Source: a virus
Lineage: Duplodnaviria > Caudoviricetes
Length of the DNA: 40,153 nucleotides
IMG/VR virus record: IMGVR_UViG_3300017707_001300
Span: 1-40,153 of that record
Reading direction: 5' to 3' (one strand)
The translations under genes and the position numbers were made by a program. Below the pieces are notes generated by a model that was not told the DNA's origin, ran no database searches, and saw only the letters and a program-made list of their open reading frames with translations. This document shows, one piece after another, positions 1-7,157 of this stretch; the first letter of the stretch is position 1, and every line of letters starts with the position of its first letter.

Positions 1-123
1 ACCCTTCCACCTGCTACAGCTGTTCCGAGTCCGTGCCTTCTCAGGCGGGCACTCTCTCCCGCTCCATCGTCAACCGCCGCACCGTGTGGATTGTCACCTG
101 TTCCGGGTGCCTTGATCCTGAAT
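1..123. repeat. Terminal direct repeat, copy 1 (circular-assembly overlap)
   Basis: 1-123 is identical to 40031-40153, and an ORF reads in frame through the junction. Confidence 0.95.
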
Positions 124-263
124 CCCCAGATGCTGAAGCCCTAGCGGCGTCCCGTGGCGACAGCGTCTCTTACGGGGTCGCAACATCCACCGGTTGGACG
201 GGCTACCGTAACCGCAGAGGACGCTGTGAGGACGCACCCTGCTGCGGGTGCTGCACGTTCTAA
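1..263 (+). CDS. Cys-rich small protein, 3' part of an origin-spanning gene (91 aa, ATG at 40018)
   Basis: On the circle it reads MKNRHPSTCYSC...CSGC...GRCEDAPCCGCCTF; its ATG overlaps the stop of 39743..40021 (ATGA). Confidence 0.75.
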   Translation, partial: PSTCYSCSESVPSQAGTLSRSIVNRRTVWIVTCSGCLDPESPDAEALAASRGDSVSYGVATSTGWTGYRNRRGRCEDAPCCGCCTF

Positions 264-892
264 ACACCAGGCACATCAGCCCCGCTCTTCTCTTCTGAGG
301 GGCGGGGTTCCTCTTTGGGGGTGATATCTATCACCTGAAGCTCGTTCCTAGGCTCACCCATTGCAGCAAGGAACTGACCAGCAAGGTCATTGTCTGAGGA
401 GTGGAGGTGCAGGTTAACGGAGCCAATCTCCGGTTTTTGTTGCGCCTCCATCTCCATCAGGATGTTCGCGGCTTTGTCAAACGCGAGCACGGCATCGCGT
501 GCCTCCATTTCCGGCATCAGTTCCTCCACCCTTTCTAGGGCGGAGCTGGCGGTTTGCTGTAGTTTGCGGCGGAAATTCAGCTTGAACATATCGTTCGCAA
601 ACTGGGTGTCTTCATCTAATGCTCTTAGTTTCACATCCCCTACTACCGTTTTTGAAAGCACCATCGTCTCGGCGATTCCGGTTATGGTTTTGCCTTCGCA
701 ATAGAGCTTCAGGATTTGCTTCCTTTGCTCTTCGGTTACCGAAGCCCATAGCCCTTGCCCGTTGACCTTCTGAATGTGGTCGCACCCGTGGACGTGATCC
801 TTTATGCGCACGTTCGCTAGCCCGGCGAGCTGCCTGGCTCGACTCTCTGGGCTCTTGTACACTTTCTTTTTGGCTGCTGGTTTCCTTGGCAT
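260..892 (-). CDS. HTH DNA-binding protein, probable terminase small subunit
   Basis: HTH-like segment (EQRKQILKLYCEGKTITGIAETMVLSKTVV), helical middle, C-terminal NLHLH...VIDITP pattern typical of TerS; no other TerS candidate near TerL. Confidence 0.55.
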   Translation of the reverse strand: MPRKPAAKKKVYKSPESRARQLAGLANVRIKDHVHGCDHIQKVNGQGLWASVTEEQRKQILKLYCEGKTITGIAETMVLSKTVVGDVKLRALDEDTQFANDMFKLNFRRKLQQTASSALERVEELMPEMEARDAVLAFDKAANILMEMEAQQKPEIGSVNLHLHSSDNDLAGQFLAAMGEPRNELQVIDITPKEEPRPSEEKSGADVPGV

Positions 893-957
893 AAAATTGA
901 ATTTGAAAATTGAAATCCGAAAATCAATTTTGAATTTTGGAATTTGAAATTCGATTT
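893..957. repeat. AT-rich degenerate TTGAAAT/GAAAAT short tandem array, copy A
   Basis: aaaattgaatttgaaaattgaaatccgaaaatcaattttgaattttggaatttgaaattcgattt; 935-951 is identical to 38969-38985. Confidence 0.85.
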
Positions 958-1211
958 CCCCTTTCCAATTTCAGCTTCTCCCTGCGCTTCCTGTCTCGGT
1001 CCCTACCCTTCTTAATACTGCACTCCTGACACATCTTTTGCCAGACGGAGTTCATCTTGGTCTCAGTCTTGCAGATGGAACATGCCCGGACTGCCCGGTA
1101 ATGGTTCTTAGATTCCGGGCATTTCTCGAGGGGCGGACAAATGATCAAGCCACGGTTGATGCCCTGAAGCACAACGCTCCAGCACTCGTCGAAAAACTCT
1201 TGTGTCAGCAT
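924..1211 (-). CDS. Zn-finger-like protein (CSIC...CQEC) with basic tail
   Basis: Two CxxC pairs; ATG at 1211 overlaps the end of the methyltransferase gene. Confidence 0.65.
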   Translation of the reverse strand: MLTQEFFDECWSVVLQGINRGLIICPPLEKCPESKNHYRAVRACSICKTETKMNSVWQKMCQECSIKKGRDRDRKRREKLKLERGNRISNSKIQN

Positions 1212-2047
1212 AGTTGATTCCAAAGTGTTCTAAATGCTTTTGCTGCGGTTGCAGGCACTACTCCGTTGCCGAGGAGTCGGAGCTCGTCGGTGCGGTTGTC
1301 ACAGGTTGTGAACAACTCGGCATTGTCCAGCCTACTGGCAGACCCATCAGCGTCTCCACCCAACGCGGGTTCAAAGATCCTTGGCGGCTCCCATGCGTGC
1401 TGTGGTTGTCCAGGGCGGGCTGGCCAGACTGAGCAAATACTGCCCTCGCCAGTTGATCTATACGCGTGCGTTCCGATCCATCTGGATTGATTCCGGTCTG
1501 AGCCATTCCCGCGGAGTCTTTCCAATCTCGCGCTGACGCAGTAGGCCATGATAAACACTCGTTTCCGCTGGTGTGGCGCACCACATTCAGACGCGCTGAA
1601 TATTCCCCACGACACCGCGTAACCCAACTCTTCCAGTTCTCCAATGACTTCTCTGAGTCCAAGGCTAATGTGCCCTTCGACGTTTTCAAAGAAACAGACT
1701 CTCGGTCGCATAACGGCAATTCCTGCTGCAATGCTTGGCCAGAGGTGTCTTGGATCGTCGGCTCCGAGGCGCTTTCCGGCTGCGCTGAATGGTTGGCACG
1801 GGTAGCCACCAGACAGGATATCCACCAATCCAGTAAAGTGCGCCCAAGGGAATGACTTGAGATCGCTCCAAATCGGAGCCGGGTCAAGTTGCCCGCCTTC
1901 CATTCTCGCAAGTAAGCACTCGATTGCGAAGGCTTCGATCTCCGCGTAAGCGATTGTGCGCAGGCTTGGGCACACTCTGCGGAGTCCGAGGTCAATGCCG
2001 CCGTATCCTGAACAAACGCTGATATGAGTTGTTTCGGTAGTATCCAC
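1205..2047 (-). CDS. DNA (cytosine-5) methyltransferase, catalytic (alpha-type) chain lacking motif IX
   Basis: Motif I VCSGYGG, IV GGYPCQPFS, VI FENV, VIII QRKRVF, X LGNGVV; GTG start. Confidence 0.92.
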   Translation of the reverse strand: MDTTETTHISVCSGYGGIDLGLRRVCPSLRTIAYAEIEAFAIECLLARMEGGQLDPAPIWSDLKSFPWAHFTGLVDILSGGYPCQPFSAAGKRLGADDPRHLWPSIAAGIAVMRPRVCFFENVEGHISLGLREVIGELEELGYAVSWGIFSASECGAPHQRKRVFIMAYCVSARLERLRGNGSDRNQSRWIGTHAYRSTGEGSICSVWPARPGQPQHAWEPPRIFEPALGGDADGSASRLDNAELFTTCDNRTDELRLLGNGVVPATAAKAFRTLWNQLC

Positions 2048-2049
2048 AT
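1258..2049 (-). CDS. Overlapping-frame methyltransferase beta-type chain carrying motif IX
   Basis: 263-codon open frame overlapping the MTase gene; contains WPTASARDWKD and LNPRWVETLMGLPVGWT (motif IX-like, 1324-1374); ATG coupled to the upstream TAA. Confidence 0.75.
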   Translation of the reverse strand: MWILPKQLISAFVQDTAALTSDSAECAQACAQSLTRRSKPSQSSAYLREWKAGNLTRLRFGAISSHSLGRTLLDWWISCLVATRANHSAQPESASEPTIQDTSGQALQQELPLCDRESVSLKTSKGTLALDSEKSLENWKSWVTRCRGEYSARLNVVRHTSGNECLSWPTASARDWKDSAGMAQTGINPDGSERTRIDQLARAVFAQSGQPALDNHSTHGSRQGSLNPRWVETLMGLPVGWTMPSCSQPVTTAPTSSDSSATE

Positions 2050-2129
2050 TAAAATCGAAAGTTGAAGTTCGATAACAGGCTTAAAAGAATCACGAGCAGC
2101 ATTAGGAAATAGAACAAGTCATCGCTCAT
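2049..2129 (-). CDS. Small single-TM peptide (26 aa)
   Basis: MSDDLFYFLMLLVILLSLLSNFNFRF; fills the gap and its stop overlaps the next ATG (TAATG). Confidence 0.45.
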   Translation of the reverse strand: MSDDLFYFLMLLVILLSLLSNFNFRF

Positions 2130-2134
2130 CGTGT

Positions 2135-2338
2135 TCAATTCGTGTTCTTTTCGTGTTCTTTTCGCATCCGATCCAACGTCCGCCATGCGGCTACTTCCTT
2201 GGCGAGTTCCCGAGCTGCATCGTATGCAGCCTTGAGCGTCGGTCTGACTCGCGACAAGCCCTGCTCCTCCCACCATTCCACATCACCCCAGAGCATGTGC
2301 AGATCAGCGAGAGCTTCCTTGATTTCTTGGTCGGTCAT
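2135..2338 (-). CDS. Hypothetical protein (67 aa)
   Basis: MTDQEIKEAL...; ATGA coupling with the upstream gene. Confidence 0.65.
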   Translation of the reverse strand: MTDQEIKEALADLHMLWGDVEWWEEQGLSRVRPTLKAAYDAARELAKEVAAWRTLDRMRKEHEKNTN

Positions 2339-2646
2339 TTCCCATCCTCCCATTTCCCCAGCGTCCTCAGGAATGCCTCTGCGCGTTGGCGGGCGGTGGC
2401 GTGTACAGCACATTCCCATCTGGACGGCATGAAATTTACATAGTCATGCCACTGCTCAACGGTCAACGCCTTCTCCGCCTCATGCATGGCGTTGAGGTCG
2501 TTGCAGTAATTCGGAATCGGCTTTCGGTGCGCCTCATACCGGTTCGGCGGAAAACCGCGAAGCCGGAAACCACCATTTTCACACTCGCCCACCTCGGTCC
2601 ATCCACACGCCTCGGCGATGCGCTCGTCAATTTGGTCGTCGGTCAT
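2335..2646 (-). CDS. Conserved phage protein, phage ABA-sandwich-like
   Basis: MTDDQIDERIAEACGW...PNYCNDLNAMHEAEKAL...TARQRAEAFL pattern; ATGA coupling and a GGAGG SD. Confidence 0.55.
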   Translation of the reverse strand: MTDDQIDERIAEACGWTEVGECENGGFRLRGFPPNRYEAHRKPIPNYCNDLNAMHEAEKALTVEQWHDYVNFMPSRWECAVHATARQRAEAFLRTLGKWEDGK

Positions 2647-2945
2647 GGCTGCACCTCCTTCAACTTGGCTTCCAACTCCGCAATGCGAGCCTCGGCAGCC
2701 CTGAGCTTTGCCCCCAAAGTGTTGGGAGCTTTGGCTGGCAAAACCATCCCGCACGCAGCAAGCAACTCGTTGAATGTCTTAAGACCGAACCCCCGGATGT
2801 TCCGGGTCGATTGCTTGAGTAACCAAGGCCGGACAAGATCCGGCTCGGTGATGCTGTGGTTCTCCAACAACCGGCAGGCTCGGAAGGAGAGGAGTGGCAA
2901 GCCCAGACGTTTGCTGAGCATTTCTCGGAAGAGTAGTCTATTCAT
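2643..2945 (-). CDS. RNA polymerase alpha-CTD-like (HhH) protein with C-terminal coiled coil
   Basis: LSFRACRLLENHSI...NIRGFGLKTFNEL resembles the alpha-CTD pattern LSVRxxNxL...IxNxGxKSxxEI. Confidence 0.6.
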   Translation of the reverse strand: MNRLLFREMLSKRLGLPLLSFRACRLLENHSITEPDLVRPWLLKQSTRNIRGFGLKTFNELLAACGMVLPAKAPNTLGAKLRAAEARIAELEAKLKEVQP

Positions 2946-3159
2946 TGTCTGATTGGGTTGTGAGTTTGTAGGCTTCTGCCATCACCAGGTCGGCGTCTAG
3001 GAGTGCCGCCCGGTCGCCTGGCATGGATTTGGTGTCGTCGATCAGACGTTGTCTGAGACGGTCTGCCAATGCCTTGATGGCACTGCTAGCCATCTCGGCG
3101 AAATGTTTGTGGCGGATGAGTTGTGCGCGCATTTCAGCGCATTTGAGTGAGTCAGTCAT
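2938..3159 (-). CDS. Hypothetical helical protein (73 aa)
   Basis: Tightly packed ORF with overlapping start and stop codons. Confidence 0.6.
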   Translation of the reverse strand: MTDSLKCAEMRAQLIRHKHFAEMASSAIKALADRLRQRLIDDTKSMPGDRAALLDADLVMAEAYKLTTQSDNE

Positions 3160-3247
3160 TGTTTGTGATGAGTTGAATGATGGAAACTAAAAGGGCCACG
3201 ATCGAACTTGCGATGATCGCCCAGCGGGGTCGGTTGTCTTTTTTCAT
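3152..3247 (-). CDS. Small single-TM peptide (31 aa), not in the ORF track
   Basis: MKKDNRPRWAIIASSIVALLVSIIQLITNND; ATGA overlap with the helicase-C stop and 8-nt overlap with the next start. Confidence 0.6.
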   Translation of the reverse strand: MKKDNRPRWAIIASSIVALLVSIIQLITNND

Positions 3248-3834
3248 GCCTGTACGAAGCTGGCTGTTCTGCCGATGAAGCGCATCTCTGTCCCGACGCC
3301 ACAGGGACCGTTCCTTTGGTAGGGGATGTTGATCTTGCGGATCTCGCTGCCTTCCTCCTCGTTGACCCGGATAGCCATGATACAGGTGGCATCCTGCTGG
3401 ATGGCTCGCGATTCTCGGGCTTTACCCTGCTCGTTGAGCTGGGTGATGCCGATGACCAAACAGCCTAGCTCTAGGCCGATTAGACGAAGCGCACGGGATA
3501 CCTCTGCAACCTCACGCTCACGAGTGCTATCGCGCCCCAGTTCGCACCGGACAAGCTGGATGTAGTCCACGAGCAACACACCCAAGCCATCCTGACTCTT
3601 AGCCATCGCCCGTGCGGTTGCCACAATGGCTCCGATGTCATGCAGGTCATCCCGGATGACGAGCTTGGCTTTGCTAAGTGCATGGGTGGCTCGAGCTACA
3701 GCCTGCATGTCTGACTCTGTCTTGACTCCCTCGGCTAACGCCCGGAGGCGGACGTTCCCAATCTTGGCCACCAGCCTGTCAATGATCTGACTGGCCGGCA
3801 TTTCAAGGCTGACTATCAATATTCCTTTTTCCAT
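3244..3834 (-). CDS. dnaB: DnaB-like replicative helicase, C-terminal half (motifs H1a-H4)
   Basis: IVSLEM (H1a), VDYIQL (Walker B), TQLN (H3), RESRAIQQDA and QRNGP (H4/Arg finger); own SD AAGGAAGGA; no Walker A. Confidence 0.9.
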   Translation of the reverse strand: MEKGILIVSLEMPASQIIDRLVAKIGNVRLRALAEGVKTESDMQAVARATHALSKAKLVIRDDLHDIGAIVATARAMAKSQDGLGVLLVDYIQLVRCELGRDSTREREVAEVSRALRLIGLELGCLVIGITQLNEQGKARESRAIQQDATCIMAIRVNEEEGSEIRKINIPYQRNGPCGVGTEMRFIGRTASFVQA

Positions 3835-4069
3835 TGTCCTTCCTTATCTCTTGTGAATTGTATGATTTTTGTCCTGTGTACTTGGCCACGCGGAGCGTGA
3901 CCTCGATGTGCTCTGTTCCCAAGTTCTCCGGCAACATGCAAATGTCTTCGAGTTGGTCGAGGCACTCCTCCCGGCTGCCGATGTTCAAGATTGTCTGAAC
4001 AATCTTTGGCCTCGGCATTGGAGGGGCGTCATCCGCAACCGTTGATGTCCTAATCAATACCCAGCTCAT
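3803..4069 (-). CDS. Hypothetical protein (start at 4069 or 4018)
   Basis: MSWVLIRTSTV...PRPKIVQTILNIGSREEC; fills the gap between the exonuclease and helicase-C. Confidence 0.55.
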   Translation of the reverse strand: MSWVLIRTSTVADDAPPMPRPKIVQTILNIGSREECLDQLEDICMLPENLGTEHIEVTLRVAKYTGQKSYNSQEIRKDNGKRNIDSQP

Positions 4070-4877
4070 GGCCAATAATCTTGATTCCCTGAGTGTGAGG
4101 TTGGGGCCAATCGTTCTTGTCGTTGCATTCAACGAAGTGGCGTAGCGATTGAGCGAGACGCTCCCAAGTGACAGACTCATCGTGTTTGCCGAGACGCATG
4201 AGTTGGCCGTAATACGGAGCATCCGTGTCCACGACAGCAAAAATAAACTGCGGCTTGGAGTAGCCAATCTGATTGAGCCCCCACTGATACCAGGCCGCTT
4301 GCTTGTTGTAGCCGAACTGCCAGAACTTGCTGGTGAAGCGGAAGAAGTCGGTAGTGGTCTTAAGATCCACAATGGTCGTGAGTTGATCGGGATCACCAGA
4401 CGGATGCGGAATGATCAGGTCAGGCCGCCCCTTGAACTGCACACCGGGGAAGCTCTCGTCTTCCCAGAACATGGCAGCCTCCACCCAGAGCTTTCCAAGG
4501 TCATGCTCAGGCTCGTAATCGAGTTGCTTGAGCAACTGCTTTGCCGATGAAACGGCTCCTTTGATGCGGGCAGCATCCTCTTCGTTGACGACTTCCTTGC
4601 CGATGTTGTCCAAACAGAATGCCTCCCAAGTCTCCTTTCCGATCTTGGTGCGACGATCCACCTGTGGACCCACAGCGTACTCAACACGCCCCTCGAGAGC
4701 CTCGGCGTGGATGAGTGTCCCAAGGATCATCTCCTTGGATGCCTTAAAGTCCTGCGTCTTGCGCCACTGATAGTAGGCCGGAGACTGACAGAACCAGTCG
4801 AACTGGTGCTTGGACAGCCCGGACATCTTCCGGTACTCGTCCATGTCGAGATTGTGCAGTATGTGGTTTTTGCTCAT
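4050..4877 (-). CDS. PD-(D/E)XK exonuclease, RecE/exonuclease VIII-like (DUF3799-like)
   Basis: Y...LSK...SPA, GTLIH, KGRPD, IVDLKTT and YNKQAAWY motifs. Confidence 0.85.
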   Translation of the reverse strand: MSKNHILHNLDMDEYRKMSGLSKHQFDWFCQSPAYYQWRKTQDFKASKEMILGTLIHAEALEGRVEYAVGPQVDRRTKIGKETWEAFCLDNIGKEVVNEEDAARIKGAVSSAKQLLKQLDYEPEHDLGKLWVEAAMFWEDESFPGVQFKGRPDLIIPHPSGDPDQLTTIVDLKTTTDFFRFTSKFWQFGYNKQAAWYQWGLNQIGYSKPQFIFAVVDTDAPYYGQLMRLGKHDESVTWERLAQSLRHFVECNDKNDWPQPHTQGIKIIGHELGID

Positions 4878-5353
4878 AGTTTGGATATTAATTCTTCGAT
4901 TAGTGTGTGCAGGTCTTGCACGGTTCCAGCGTTAACCACTTCGTAGTGGCACGCAATACTTTTTTGCTCGGTTTCGCTAACGTGCTGCATCACAGGAATG
5001 TCTGGGCGCACAATTCTCACCAGCTTGCCACCTTGGCGACGAATCCACTGAGCTTCGTTCTCGAAGCGGACATCGGTGATGATCGCAGGTTTGCTGTAGC
5101 GGATCGGGTTCCGCCACCGCATGTGCCTGATCCAATTGTCTGGATCGTAAGCTCTTCCTGCCATACCGATGTCTTGTAAGAGCTTGCGCCCCCGTTCGTC
5201 CTTGACTCCGTTCCAGCCAAAGTGCTGGACGGCAAGCGTTTTAATCGGGTCAGCAAAGGCTACTCGATCAAAGCCAGCTCGGAAGAAGACTTCGGCGGCA
5301 GTGTCTTTGCCGACTCCGGCATTCCCAACAAGACCAATAAGTTGTGTATTCAT
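4874..5353 (-). CDS. Deoxynucleoside monophosphate kinase
   Basis: IGLVGNAGVGKDT P-loop, AFADPIK, RKLLQDIG, ITDVRFENE, HVSE. Confidence 0.88.
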   Translation of the reverse strand: MNTQLIGLVGNAGVGKDTAAEVFFRAGFDRVAFADPIKTLAVQHFGWNGVKDERGRKLLQDIGMAGRAYDPDNWIRHMRWRNPIRYSKPAIITDVRFENEAQWIRRQGGKLVRIVRPDIPVMQHVSETEQKSIACHYEVVNAGTVQDLHTLIEELISKL

Positions 5354-5661
5354 AATGGGTTTACTTCCAGTGTCATGCAGCCTGTGATGCTGCCAGCTTG
5401 GTTGCGGATGAACTTGGCCGGAGAGTACAAGTCCCTCCGCTTGGGGAACTGTATCCTGACGGCTGATGGAACGATGTACGCCACACCAGTTTGTGCATCA
5501 GGCAGCCCAGACACAGACATAATCCGTGACTCGATCACCGGGATTCCATTGACAGATCCAGCATCAAACGTCTTGGCGTTGCACCGGGCAATATCTCCGC
5601 TTGGAGGGATCACGACTCCAGCACAAACAATTTCGTGCGGTGTAAGGTTTATAAGTCTCAT
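5350..5661 (-). CDS. Conserved hypothetical viral protein (INLTPH family)
   Basis: INLTPH...IPPSG..ARC...GLP...YIV...RxDLxxP...IRxxxGxIxGC pattern; ATGA-coupled to the helicase-N stop. Confidence 0.7.
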   Translation of the reverse strand: MRLINLTPHEIVCAGVVIPPSGDIARCNAKTFDAGSVNGIPVIESRIMSVSGLPDAQTGVAYIVPSAVRIQFPKRRDLYSPAKFIRNQAGSITGCMTLEVNPL

Positions 5662-6344
5662 TGAGTGATAAGGTTGGCGATGATGTTGAGTGCTAGCATT
5701 GTCTTACCTGACTTGGTTTCGCCGCCTACAACAAGGAAGTCCCCGTAACGCAGCGGTGTGAGGTTGTCGAGCTTCTCGTACCCCGTCCTAATCCGTTGTG
5801 TCTGATCGTCCCCGGTTTCGTAGCGGGTCACCGCCTCGAGCAAGAGAGACTGAGTGTCCATGCGCTTGGGCGGAGCCAGCTTTGTCTGAATGGCATCAAC
5901 CTGCATGGCGACATCCTGCACCAGGTCGGTTGTCGGAATGTCTGCCTTGTGAATCTTGCCCAGGCTCTCGTGCAGCACCACCATCAGCGACCGTCGCTTG
6001 GCTGTGCTGGTGACGATGGTGAGCAGCTCCGGCAACGCCGATTCGATGGGCATCACCGTGTACAGGTCGGTCAGTTGAGCGAACGTAATCTCCTCCCGCT
6101 CCCGGATGCGCTCGAAGATGATCCGCACATCGGGCGTAATGCCCTTGGCGTTCAGGTCAAGCACCACCTCAACCGCTGCCCGGCTCAAGGGATCGAAGAT
6201 GTCTGACGTGACAAAGCCCCGTTCGGCCATGATGTTTAGCACGGTCTTGGGGTTGTTGAGGGCAATGGATGCCACTCCACGCTCTGCCTCGGTTGCCTGA
6301 GGCAAGGCCAAGTCATCACCAGTTTTGGTCTGTCGTTTCATCAT
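5658..6344 (-). CDS. dnaB: DnaB-like replicative helicase, N-terminal half (NTD, linker and Walker A)
   Basis: LPQATEAERGV NTD start, IRTGYEKLD, GDFLVVGGETKSGKTMLALNI (H1), then a stop codon. Confidence 0.9.
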   Translation of the reverse strand: MMKRQTKTGDDLALPQATEAERGVASIALNNPKTVLNIMAERGFVTSDIFDPLSRAAVEVVLDLNAKGITPDVRIIFERIREREEITFAQLTDLYTVMPIESALPELLTIVTSTAKRRSLMVVLHESLGKIHKADIPTTDLVQDVAMQVDAIQTKLAPPKRMDTQSLLLEAVTRYETGDDQTQRIRTGYEKLDNLTPLRYGDFLVVGGETKSGKTMLALNIIANLITQ

Positions 6345-6873
6345 TGAGTAGTGTTCCTGAGTTTAGACGTTTGCGTTCAGCACGATACTGAGCGGATCTT
6401 TCCAGCCAGTTGTGGATGAACATGCCGATGCCGCGCTTCTTCCGCTTGCGCCCCGGTTTGGCTTCCAGCCACAGGCGCGCCTTCATCAGCTCGTCGGCAA
6501 CTGTCTGCTCGCCCCAGCGCTGGACTGCTCGCTCGAGCACATCACGAGGGGCGGAGATGCTGCCGTCGGCACAAGGGAAGAGCATGGAAAAGATCGTGGT
6601 CTCTCCCTCCTTCCCTCCCTCGGTTTCTCCCCTATCCTTCCTTTCCCCCATACCCCCTATCCTACCTAACCCCACTTCCACTCCCTCTCCATCCTCCCTC
6701 TCCGCCTTAGATGCAGTTAAACATTCGCTCATTGACGGAAACAAGGATTGCTCACCGTGGGGCCTGGAAGGCCCGTCAAGGCCTGTCTCAGGATCGTCCT
6801 GATACACGACAGCCGAATACACTCCAGTCAGCTCAGAAATGTGGCCGGAGAGATACTTGATCATCACTCTCAT
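6316..6873 (-). CDS. Putative replication initiator / helicase-loader-type protein
   Basis: C-terminal ELxKxxxWLxAxPxRxxKxRGIxxFIxNWLxR motif as in phage replisome organisers; low-complexity G/E linker; directly upstream of the helicase. Confidence 0.6.
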   Translation of the reverse strand: MRVMIKYLSGHISELTGVYSAVVYQDDPETGLDGPSRPHGEQSLFPSMSECLTASKAEREDGEGVEVGLGRIGGMGERKDRGETEGGKEGETTIFSMLFPCADGSISAPRDVLERAVQRWGEQTVADELMKARLWLEAKPGRKRKKRGIGMFIHNWLERSAQYRAERKRLNSGTLLNDETTDQNW

Positions 6874-7157
6874 ATTTTGCAGCCTTTCTCCCTGAGAAAC
6901 GTCAGCAGTTCTTGGTGGATCTTCACGCCTTGAGCCCGTGCCTCATCGTTCGGAATGTCGAAGTGTCGCAACAGTACATTCCAGATCTCCCTCCACAGGT
7001 CTTCCTTCAGATGCTTCACGGCTTGCTTCATCTTCCATTCACTGGCGCACATCACATCCGCGACAATCGTGTACTCCTGATAACCCGCACGATTGATTCG
7101 CACGGTGATGGGAATCATGGCGTGCATTTCTTTAAATGTGTAGGTGATGTCGCTCAT
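6870..7157 (-). CDS. Hypothetical protein
   Basis: 95-aa ORF with ATGA coupling at both ends. Confidence 0.65.
   Translation of the reverse strand: MSDITYTFKEMHAMIPITVRINRAGYQEYTIVADVMCASEWKMKQAVKHLKEDLWREIWNVLLRHFDIPNDEARAQGVKIHQELLTFLREKGCKI

Noticed and set aside
893-957. CRISPR array or tRNA in the repeat or structured regions
   Set aside because: The repeats are short degenerate units without unique spacers, and no cloverleaf with T-loop/D-loop consensus was seen.
3834-5658. Split intein, or excision at the shared CAATG, rejoining the DnaB halves
   Set aside because: There is no intein N-terminal (C/S) or C-terminal (HN-C/S/T) sequence on either half. Joining at the CAATG microhomology puts the C-half out of frame, and I saw no intron core in the gene-filled interval.
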